Source: Eledone cirrhosa (taxonomy: Eukaryota). Taken from it: a stretch of 64,000 bases of DNA. This document shows, in pieces, positions 43,008 through 54,724 of this stretch. The stretch's first letter is position 1. Every line of letters begins with the position of its first letter. The stretch lies in the NCBI GenBank assembly GCA_964016885.1, contig OZ024746.1:34906001-34970000 (forward strand). The letters run 5' to 3'. A program made the translations under genes and the position numbers. The notes beneath the pieces are model-generated. The model made no database searches, was not told where the DNA came from, and saw nothing but the letters and a program-made list of their open reading frames with translations.

Positions 43008-44275
43008 AGCCATCTTCCTCCTCACTTGCTCGATTTCATCCACTATGATCACCATCACGTCAATTTAGGTGTAACTTTGCCTACATCCTCTTATGGGAGT
43101 TTCTCCATGTTTTTCAAACTATGGGATGCACGTTGAGTGAGACTCTTTGTCCACTGTTGCTGCTCTTAGTATTTGCGTTTGCCTATCAACAAGTTTAGAC
43201 TGATCCATAATACCTAAAATGAAATAGCACCCAAACTTTCCTCAAATCATTATTTACCATTTTACACAATTAAATGATATGTTATATAATGTGTTCATAG
43301 ACATATCCCTAAAAATTACGAGATTGTGAAGGATGGAATGATTATTTTATTCTTAGTATGTTTGCTATGATTTCACTTGTGTTAAATAACAACCGTAGTC
43401 TCAATACTAATACTTGCTTTGAACAAATGATGAAACTGTGGTGTAATTGCTCGCGCACATTTACTAGAAATATCATACAAACTACTCTCAGATTACAAAA
43501 GCTATCAATTTGAATAGTTGGTAGCCTTACCTGAGTAAAAGAATGAATGCTGAAACGCCTTTGATAATAAGTTTACGTACTTAAACATGACGCTCCTGAG
43601 ATAATCATCAATAACAACCATCCTATGGTCACCAGAAATTGTCTATAAACACAACTATTACATCACTGTATCGGATATTACGTTTAGTTACATCTAAAAT
43701 GTTGTCCTTCAATAATATTGGGGGAGAATTGGGCAGATTGATAAGTAAGTCGGTTAGAATGACTACTAATATTTTAGGCACACAGCATTCCGAAATCAAT
43801 TCATACTTAACCACCACACTAGAATGAAATTCTCCTATATATATATATACTGTATTGTATTCCTACTTGTAGATACCTGTTTAAATGACAGTATCATCAA
43901 ATTCAACATTCGGCTACCCAGAATCCTTTAAATGACCATTTCATCAGCTAGAAATGGTTGCAAAACATGATATAAATTACACTCTACTATCTTTGGAAAG
44001 TGGGAAAGAAATATTGCATACCGTATATGAATTTTGATCTAAAATACATAATGATAACTGCGTTATATGTATGATCAAATATTTGCTGAATATCCGAATT
44101 CAGCTGAAGCACTCCAGCAGAACCGCCAATCTAGAATTTCGCCACGATCAGTTTATGCTACCTAACCTGCAGCAAATTTTTTTCTTTGAGAACCACAGTA
44201 ATTTTACTGGATGTCTACGATTAAATCACATTAGAACAAGTTCCTGATGGCATCATTTGAAAAATAATTGATGGT

Positions 44276-44318
<43 letters not shown>

Positions 44319-44344
44319 TATATGTGTGTATGTGTATGTGTATA

Positions 44345-44448
<104 letters not shown>

Positions 44449-46450
44449 GCTTGTCAATCAGTTCAGTATAACTAATCTTTCTTCAAACTATATTTTAATT
44501 TACTTTCTCTCTCTGACTCTCTCTCACTCTTTATTTCTTTCCCTCTTTCTCGTTATTTTCTTTCTATTCTATGTTGGACCATTGTTAAAGACTAACCAAC
44601 CAAGTCAATAATACACATATACAATATAAAGTGTTATTGACATAATAATTATTCTTAGCAATGATTGAAAGTGGGACAAAATAATGACTTGCAATAATCG
44701 GTTTCGTCAAATCCCGCCATGTTTATTGTTCTTATATTCATTTTCGACTCGACTAAATCCACTGAAGCCTCCCTTGTGGCTATGTGGGAAAATATATTAT
44801 TATTGTCATATTCTGGGATGATCATACTACCAATAATAGGAAAAATCAACTACACAAAGTATAACAATATGTCTCAACAACTGATCTCATATCGAGTATC
44901 TTTAGAAACGCATACAAAAGCAAAATATTATGATACAGCTGCGTCCGTATAATATAGAGAAATTGAAAGACTAATACACGGATAATGTTTTATCTACGGT
45001 CTTCTTTCATATCTTAAGAATGCCAGCAATGAGATTTCGGAATTTGCAAAATGATGAACTGACCAACCAAATATTGAGTACTATTTAGATGTTACACAGC
45101 TATACGGAAGTCCATAATGTATGAATGTGTGCCGTTTTCAGAAATCAATATAAAGTCTGCGTTCTGTGTTTAAATCTCATCCAATTAAACCTTACCTATA
45201 ATATTCCGAGGTCAATAATGTATCGCTTGTTTTATAAAATTATTGGCTAAAGTTCAAACAACAATAGTTCTTCAAAGTTCACATAGAACTATTAATTGTT
45301 GCTGTTATTCCTACTGTTATTTTTCTTCAGGTAAGACGGATTGAGCTGAATAATGATCAAAGCCATTCACTTCATACAAACACACTTGTGTTTTTCCAAA
45401 CAGAGAGTACAAAGAGTCACCGCCTCGATCATGTGCATACTTCTAAAAGATAGGAGAGTGATTTGAAGAAGATTTAGCCGATATTTCTAGTGAGTCGGAC
45501 GATTACATAGAGGTAACTTAGTTCAGGTTGTACGTTAGGATAATACTGATTAATTGATGTGTGTGTCGCTGTCGTTGTTAAGCTGTAAATCAGCATGGAT
45601 CATGCTTATAGATAATCAAAAGCATTCTGGATGCACCATTCGGTCTTCCATTTTCCCAGACATTTCGGATTTAATTCTATAATATTATACTTACTTATTT
45701 CTAAGAGATTAACATGTGATTGGGGATTTATTGCATGGTTATTTCTAGCAAATCTAGTGAGCAATCAAGGTCTACTTCAGTCGACAACACGTTTCCACAA
45801 CACATTCAGTGACGATGCTACGTGATATCAAGGCAAGACAAATTTAATATCACAGCCCACTATTTGAAATAAAAACGCATATATAAAATATTTTCTTAAA
45901 AACACATTTAAAAATGTTCTATGATAGGGATTCTGTTACAACACACTGCTTCATATATTGGTTCCTTTACAGTATAAAGTGAGATAACCAACAGCAGCAA
46001 CAAAACAACAACAATAACAACAACAAGAGCAACAGCAACAGCAACAATCTAATTATTTGGAACACAAATACCGGAAACATCATCATTCATAATACAACTA
46101 TACAATCGCCAACATCACTACATTCATTTTAAACGTACCATCAACATCGGCACTACCTCCCTTATATAGTCATATTAACACCAACACAAATCAAGAAGCA
46201 TGCAACAAAGAGAAGAAATGTAAGAGACATACTGTCAGAAGATTGAGGTTCGGTTGATAACAATGGCGAACATCAAACAGGCATCATCAAGAGAACTAAG
46301 AAAAGCTGCCGCATGCCATATTACGACAATCGATGAATCAATCTCCCAATCAATCATGCAATCAATCTAGTTTCAATAATATATATGTGTGTGAGAGTGA
46401 ATATATATACATATATATATATATATAATGAGACAAAGAGAGAATAAGTG

Positions 46451-46486
<36 letters not shown>

Positions 46487-46617
46487 TTAAATACGGTGGG
46501 TGCTTGCATATACACAAACACGAAGGCATACACATATGTGCATGTGTATATATGTGTATATTTCAATGTATGTATAATGTGGATATCCACATGAGCATTT
46601 TATAATATATATATATA

Positions 46618-46704
<87 letters not shown>

Positions 46705-47434
46705 CATCATATGTGTGCGTCTATGAGTTTGCGTTAGTGGTCACAAATATGCAAATAGTTGTAAGCATATTACATACACGAGTTAGTGTTTAAATAATTT
46801 AATTACTCAGCCAGATCGAACAATTTCTAGATACTATTCAACTTAAAAGTTATAATTCCGAACTAATTCTACCAAAATATATAAACAATTTGCTAAACAG
46901 CTATATGAGTGCCTTAAGTAGAAACGTACTGTGATGGAATGAGGAACTTTAATTATATAATTCGCAACACATTAACCAGGAAGAGCTCCATGTGTAGAGA
47001 TTAAGAAGCATGGTCACTTACCCAGCGTCGTAAAACTGAGGCAGCGGCATACGAAGCCTAATATAACTCCAGAACGCATAACAGAATTATTGAATTTAAA
47101 GGTGTCATAAGATTACAAGAAATCGTATTTCAAACGAGCTACGCAAACCACAGTGGTTTCCTCGGATGTAATGCACAGATAACATGACCACATTGTTCAT
47201 CTATCATTGTTTGCTAAAGAAGAAAACCACTGAATATAATATGAAATGGGAATTGTCAGCACAACGTCTACCGTACATTGAATGTAGAAAAATATGATTG
47301 TTATATATACCGGAAAAGACTGTAATAGTGTAATATAATTAAAGCATCATTGTAATACAGGCACAGAATCTTTTTGCGGATGGCGTCTCTTTCATAGTGT
47401 AAATAGAAATACTACGAATACCAAGAAAATAATA

Positions 47435-47612
47435 ACTGTTTCTACTTTTAGCACAAGGCCAACAATTACCCCAGTGCATTACTGGTACTTTATTTTATCG
47501 ACTCTGTAAGGATGAAATGCAAAGTTAACCATGGCCGGATTTAAACTCAGAACTTAAAGGGACATAACTCTATGCTGCAAAACATGGTGTCTGACGCTCT
47601 ACTGATACTGCC
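47435..47612 (-). mobile_element. SINE family 1, near full length
   Basis: Same organisation as 35028-35214. Confidence 0.8.
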
Positions 47613-49814
47613 ACAACCCTAACTCTAGCCCAAGAACATAATAATGCAGATTAAAAGGATTTATCTAAAGATCACCATGATAGATGAGTGAATGTTTCAG
47701 GATCATCTAAATGTTCTCTATTCTACATGCACAAGCTGTTGAACAGAGAATGCATAGAATTTTCCAACTTAACTCATTATAACTGGTTCATACATTACAC
47801 TAGAACACTTCCACTGATATATGTCTAGCTAACAAATTATAATTTGAACATTCTTTTTAAATTATTGTATCACTTCAGACCTGTTCAAGAGAAGTATTCC
47901 TTATGATCTAACAACGAATTATTTCTCTTTCCGACATAGACTATGGGCATGAGAAGAAGAATCCACGCTTTCAATAGCGGTAATATCTTTCTATTTGATC
48001 CCGTAACCTCTTGGTGAAATTGTAGGGACACTGTAGTGGCATATGGCGTTTCTAGGGCATTTTAAGCCAGGAGCATCCCTTCACGCTCCAGGTCTGAACT
48101 CAGCAGATTTATTACAGCGAAGGAAACAAAAAAGCTGAAGTGAGAAAAAAGAGGAAGAATCTGCCCATGTACTAGTCTGATGCTTTTTTATCGACCTCGA
48201 AAAGACGAAAAGCAAAGTTGACCTCGGAGAGATATGAACTAAGAGTGCAGAGAGCCGGAACAAATAAATCAAACCGTTCTATCCGACGTTATTATAATTC
48301 TGCTAATTTACCGTCTCATATTGATATTGTGGCATTTGAAATGATGACTATTTGTCTAAATGATCTTGTGCATTGCAATACAAGGCAATAATTTATTATT
48401 CCTCTGTTGAAATCGTAATTTGTATAACATGTATGATCGCATGATATTTTCAGCCATTTTGTACTCAGTTAAACACATAATTAATTAGCTAACAACAAAA
48501 GCATTATTCATATACAAACTTGAATTTCGAATACACCAATACTACGAAACATATTTGTTTTATGAAGTCGTTTTTTGTGTATTGCCCCTTTGGAGAAACA
48601 AGATGTATGCGGAATCTGACGACGCCTCTAAAACTGTCACTAGACAATTTAATTGAAGGTAAAAGCTATAATCTAAATTGCCTCTTCCACAATACCTCTG
48701 TACCGCAAGGACCTACTCAAACACATGTAAATAGGCCATAAATTCATCCAGGTTACAAAACTTACATAATGAAAGATTATATATAGACGCTATAGACATA
48801 TTTTGTCGCAGTCATGCAAGGCATCGCATAAAATGTAATATACCCTTTGTGATTGTACGTTAGCATTTTATCTATCACTGATTCTTACCCAGTGTGCATG
48901 TTTGTGTCAATTTTCTGCTCTTGTGCGTGCGTGTGTGTGCATGTGTTTTTGTCTCAATTTGCAGATGAAATTTCAGCAATCACCTATACTCTGCAATACA
49001 AATCTCCTAAGAAAATTAGCTTGTTAATGTATTTTACTTTAATTACAGGTCCAGTATATCACTGGCAGAATTTTGCAGAGTTTTCCTGAAATTAATTCCA
49101 CTAAAGGCTAGTAACTGGAAGAAGAAATTTGTCGAATATGACACGTAGTACTATCAACATTTCAGAATAAATGCTAATCGAATTTGTTAACCAATCGTCC
49201 ACGTCCATTATAAACATATTTTTTAAAGCAATACATAAATCAATGGATGCGTTGGTTTAATACATATAATAACTAGACCTGTAGCACTCTTCTGATTTTA
49301 TTATCCAACAGGAATCGTATATTGCGTCGTACAATAATTTTTATAAAACATTGTAAAATATCAGGAACAGTTTTATTCATTCAAACATTTATATTTTGTT
49401 TCAAAGTCTAGGTTATATATTGAAATCAAAGGTGTTATGTTTGATGTCTGACATACTTCAGTAGATCAATGCACAAAATATTGAAACTGCCGTTCGGAGC
49501 ATTTTTGTACATGAGATTCTGCGTTTATGAAACTATTTATTTACTTTTATAAAAGATAGCACGGAGTGAGAGGACGAAGAATAGTTAGCTACGCACAGCA
49601 GGCCGATTGAAAGCTCTAAGAGGCACATCGGCTCCGTTATTTTCGGTGCCAACGATTTCTGTCGAGTATGTCTTCTCCGTTACTAGACCAACAGGTTTAT
49701 TACTGTTTCGCTCGAAGCACACGGAAAGATGCACATATTACTTTTCCTGACATATTTCTTTCTTTTTAACTGTTATTGTAACATCTCGAAACGATCGGTG
49801 TCTCCATTGAATCG

Positions 49815-50085
49815 ATCTGCCCTGAGTGTGGAAAGATTTGATTGAGCAAATCTGGTCTTAGAAGCCACAGTCGCAGCCATTTTCAAAGACAATCAGTGGA
49901 CTATGTTCCCCACGGTATTGTGAAGGTTCACAGGCAAGCTGATGCAAGACCTGAGGCCTGGGATATCCATAATTGTCGTCAATGTGCGAATGAGTCTAAA
50001 TATTTAGGAGGCTTGAAATGCCATATCCGACCGTCACACATCTGAATCTGACAAGCAATAATCTTAGCAGTGATTGCACCCATCA
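49815..50085 (+). mobile_element. Probable RTE 3' end with two decayed C2H2 fingers
   Basis: CPECGKI*LSKSGLRSHSRSH and CRQC..LGGLKCHIRPSH, then a stop and a TA tract. Confidence 0.5.
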
Positions 50086-50179
50086 TATATATATATATGT
50101 AGCACTAATGCTCTTACATATGCATATATATATATATATATATATATATGCATATGTAAGAGCATTAGTGTTACATTTG

Positions 50180-50430
50180 TGAAGATGTGAGTTTCATTCC
50201 CGGATGTGGTGGTATGTTGTGTCCTTGACCAAGACACCGTATTTTAAGTTGCTCCAATTAATTCAGTAGAAGAAATGAGTTGCAAGGTTACTGGTGCCAG
50301 GCCTTTCTCCTGGAATAAGTCAGTGGCTTGGAAAGTGGGAGGCTGGCCTGCATGGGTGACTGGTGGTCTTCCACAAACGCCCTTTGCCCAGAGGAGTACG
50401 TTCTGGCTGCGAAGACGTGGTCATTCGTGA
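50180..50430 (+). mobile_element. SINE family 2, decayed
   Basis: gtgagtttcattccc..gtgtccttgaccaagacacc..gttgctcca. Confidence 0.6.
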
Positions 50431-50530
50431 ATACATACATAGATATATATATACATACATAGATATATATATACATACATATATTATTAATGAAAAAGAA
50501 CAAAGGAACTATCGTGTCATTATAACAAGT

Positions 50531-50586
50531 TTATTGCCGACAGCCGTTTCGTCCGACCATATGGTGGGACTTTTCAAGGCATATAA
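50531..50586 (-). ncRNA. Type I hammerhead with U3-A8 core, family H
   Basis: Reverse complement of 52589-52644. Confidence 0.8.
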
Positions 50587-52588
50587 CAGGTGATTGTAAG
50601 TTCATTATTTACATCAACGTTTCACTGAAGATTAGCAGTTTGAAATCGTGGTATACATCAACAGCTCCGCTTGTATATTTGGGGTCTATATTCTAAGGGG
50701 GCTCTTTTATATTAGTTGTAGGAGTTGTAAAAGGGATGGGTTATATGGAGTTAAGAGAATTTGAAAAGGGCCTAAGAGTTAGGGATTGAAGGTTAAAAAT
50801 TAGAGAATTTATAAGTTACGCATTAAAAGTAAAAGACTTGGGATCTCGTAGAAGCACCTTAAAAAATCCCTCAATAAGTGCATAGAGCTTATAAGCCCCA
50901 ATAAAGCTAACAAACCAGAAGAGATTAAGAGACTAACAAAATAAAAAAATAAAAATATAAAGTTTCCTAAAAAATTCCTTCAAAAGAAAAAAAAAATGTT
51001 TTTCTAAGAGATCTCGTTAAAAAATTTCAGAAAATTTACGAAGTTTTGATAATCCCTACTAAAGTTCTAAACTCAGAAATTAAAAATTAGATCGAACGGA
51101 CCACACCCTGCGACCACTAGCTATTTGATCCACGGGTACATTTCCCAGAGAGTCCACATAGCTGATAGTGAATCCCAGTTGATTAGTGAATTCGGAACTT
51201 TTAAACAAGACCAACTGTGCCTGGAGCTATGCAGATGACTGCATGCGCACAATGGATATCGCACCCACAAGGTCACCTGTATTGTTCATCTTGCTGTATG
51301 TGTGTAAAGTATCCGAGCGTGGGATATCCCTGAGTAAATTGTGCTTGACTGTTAATTGTTTATTGATTGTTTGTTAATCAGGCAGGAATATATTATTATG
51401 TCTTTGTTAATCCTATATTAATCATTTTTTGATAATACATTATTAGATTACTGAAGCTATCTTATAACTTCTTAAAAATACATTTTATAATTATTGTCTT
51501 TTTGCTTATATATTTTCTTAGTTATCATTTTCGTTAATCTTGCCCAACTTGATAAGCTCTTTGAATTGCTCCTTAATTAGATTACTTAAATTACTTAAAT
51601 TACTTTATCTATTATACCTAAGTTCTATCTGTAGAAGCAGCCCTTTGAAAATTCCTCGGATCTCCCAAATCCCGTAATTTTTTACTGTTAATTTGTAATT
51701 TTCCTCAATTCATTTATATATATCTTTAAAGGCTCTCTAAAATTGTAATTCTCTGAAGGGTCTTTCGGAAGAGGTTCTTATTAAAAATATTAAAGGGGCC
51801 TTTTCTGTGGGAGTTTTTGAAGGCTTTTTGAATTTACCTTTAATTGATTAATTTCTTTCAACTATTTATTTCTTAATTTTTAAAATTAATCGTTAATTTT
51901 TAATCATGGATATATAAGATTGCTTATTCTTAAATTCATTAAATTTTTTTAATTTCGGGGTTTGGAACTCTTAAAATTCAAATCCTAACTTAAATCTTAA
52001 TATTTATATTATGGACTCCCTAAATCATTAACTTTATTAACCTGTTAAATCTTATTGAAAGTTCTTTTCCCTAACTTTTAATTTTTAATTTTTAATTTCT
52101 GAGTTTAGATCTTTAGTAGGGATTATCAAAACTTCGTAAATTTTCTGAAATTTTTTAACGAGATCTCTTAGAAGAAATTTTTTTTTTTCTTTTGAAGGAA
52201 TTTTTTAGGAAACTTTATGTTTTTATTTTTTTATTTTGTTAGTCTCTTAATCTCCTCTGGTTTGTTAGGTTTATTGGGGCTTATAAGCTCTATGCACTTA
52301 TTGAGGGATTTTTTAAGGTGCTTCTACGAGATCCCAAGTCTTTTACTTTTAATGCGTAACTTATAAATTCTCTAATTTTTAACCTTCAATCCCTAACCCT
52401 TAGGCCCTTTTCAAATTCTCTTAACTCCATATAGCCCATCCCTTTTACAACTCCTACAACTAATATAAAAGAGCCCCCTTAGAATATAGACCCCAAATAT
52501 ACAAGCGGAGCTGTTGATGTATACCACGATTTCAAACTGCTAATCGTCAGTGAAACGTTGATGTAAATAATGAACTTACAATCACCTG

Positions 52589-52644
52589 TTATATGCCTTG
52601 AAAAGTCCCACCATATGGTCGGACGAAACGGCTGTCGGCAATAA
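52589..52644 (+). ncRNA. Type I hammerhead with U3-A8 core, family H
   Basis: ttat-a-tgcc-TTGAAAA-gtcc caccatatggtc ggac-GAAA-cggctg-TC-ggca-ataa. Confidence 0.8.
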
Positions 52645-52859
52645 ACTTGTTATAATGTCATAATAGTTCCTTTGTTCTTTTTCATTAATATTTCTGCTCT
52701 GTTTATACGCATAGAGCTTAACTAGATACCGTCGCATATTTGGTAGGACAGGCGTGATCATCGCGATTCACGTACGACCTACCATACATCTTAAATACAT
52801 ATATATATATGTGCATATATATATATATATATATGTATGTGCATATATATATATATATA

Positions 52860-52991
52860 TAAAGAATTAATATCTAGTAACATATATATACATACAGATG
52901 CATATCAATGCTAGCAAATATATAGGTTTTGTCTTAGTAACATTGTGATATTTTAGTAAGTAAGTTAATTTTATAATTTTCTTATTTTACG

Positions 52992-53081
<90 letters not shown>

Positions 53082-53654
53082 AACGCAAGATAAGAACATT
53101 ATAAAATGTTAAAAAAAAATTATAAAATTGACTTACTTACTAAAATATCACTTCCAACTAATTAGTTTCTGGAATGGAGTAAATATATTTTCTGAAGAAC
53201 ATATTAAAAAGCATTCCGTCGTCAGGAAAGTCTCTTTTCATGTAAGTTTCCAGGCATAGCGAGGACTCTGGAAACTTATTAAACAAATAATTCAGTGGAG
53301 AGGAAATAGCGAAGCGTGGACTGAAATCCTAGCCATTGAGAAAATCACTATCTCTACGTCCGTGGCAAATTCAAAAAGAATCAATCACGTGACATCGAGG
53401 TCAATCAGTGGAAAGCGAGTTGTTAAAAAGACAGCGGCCTGCCTACTACTATAGCAGCAGTCATGGCCAATATTGCTCGACAAATGAATTGGAGATAATT
53501 TTTTTTATAATTTTATAATTTTCTTATCTTACGTCTCTCATATTATTGTTCTGCAACCCCATGCATTGAACCACAACGTTACTAAGACAAAACCTATATA
53601 TTTGGTAGCATTGATATGCGTCTGTATGTATATAGATGTTACTAGATATAAATT

Positions 53655-53660
<6 letters not shown>
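52860..53660. mobile_element. Rearranged pLTR-like element with nested inverted repeats
   Basis: 52860-52941 is inverted at 53578-53660. 52945-53000 is inverted at 53075-53151 across (TA)n and partly repeated at 53505-53542. Confidence 0.75.
53150..53231 (-). ncRNA. Type I hammerhead ribozyme, family I
   Basis: actttc-CTGACGA-cggaatg..cattcca-GAAA-ctaattag-TT-ggaagt. Confidence 0.8.
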
Positions 53661-53710
<50 letters not shown>

Positions 53711-53715
53711 ATATA

Positions 53716-53893
53716 TGAGGGCGTGCACTAACTACTATGAATAATGGATTCAGTTGGAACTATTATACGCAGACTGTAGAATATTATATACGTATATCAT
53801 ATAAACTCGGACTGTCAACAGTTTCTCTGCGACAGTCTGCGTATAATAGTTCCAACTGAATCCATTATTCATAGTAGTTAGTGCACGCCCTCA
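53716..53893. mobile_element. Mariner-type MITE, 178 bp, perfect 62-bp TIRs, TA-flanked
   Basis: tgagggcgtgcac..agactgt (53716-53777) is the reverse complement of 53832-53893. Confidence 0.8.
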
Positions 53894-54126
53894 TATATAT
53901 ATATATCCATATATACATAAAAAATGCGCACCCATACACACACATTCACACACATACACACACACACACAAACATATATATATATATATATAAACACATA
54001 CAATGACATCCATGTCTTTTTCTCACAGCCTCTTGCTCAGATAGTATTTCTATATCTACGTGTCACATTTTCTATATACCCAATATACTACTACTACTAC
54101 TACTACGACGACGACTACTACTACTA

Positions 54127-54159
<33 letters not shown>

Positions 54160-54724
54160 TGCGAGACCGTTCCATCAACTTTCATTCTTCATTTCATCAT
54201 CTATTCCAAACACGTAGTCTCTTCATCTCTCTCGTTCTCTTTGAAGTTACACGCTCATACACACACATACGCACACACAGACTCACACACATACTCACAC
54301 CCCCCCAAACTTTTATATATATATATATATCTGTAAAGAGAGAGATAGAGATAGATAAATATATAGAGATATAGCTGAATAGATAAATGGATGGATAAAT
54401 AAATAGATCGGTAGAACGATAGATAGATGGATGCATAGATAGAGAGAGAGAGATAAAGATATAGATAGATAGATAGATAGATATATTTCTTTATTAGCCA
54501 CAAGGGCGCACAAGAAAAGGGGACAATACAAAGACATGCCGGGGATTTTACATACAGTCGTGTAAAAAATATATAAACAAACAATTACAACAATCGAAAT
54601 CCCCAATAGAGGGGAGGCGCCACAAATGGGTTGTTTAATACCCCGTCGATAGAACATCCCTCAACTCCAGGAGCGTGGTTTGCAAATGCTCCTTTCTTCC
54701 TTTTGCTCTCTTCTTCAACCTACA

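Larger units (their letters stand above)
50485..52795. mobile_element. Fold-back PLE-like non-coding element with inverted arms of about 605 bp (50485-51089 / 52086-52690)
   Basis: The arms are near-identical reverse complements and each carries an HHR. Flanked by (TA)n-rich sequence. Confidence 0.85.

Noticed and set aside
49815-50045. Host C2H2 zinc-finger gene (also 4590-4680)
   Set aside because: Isolated fingers without TGEKP linkers, a stop inside one finger, and short tails; RTE C-termini fit better.
50620-50660. Antisense second HHR (CTGAAGA/CTGACGA..GAAA) in the fold-back arms
   Set aside because: Stems I and II do not pair adequately.
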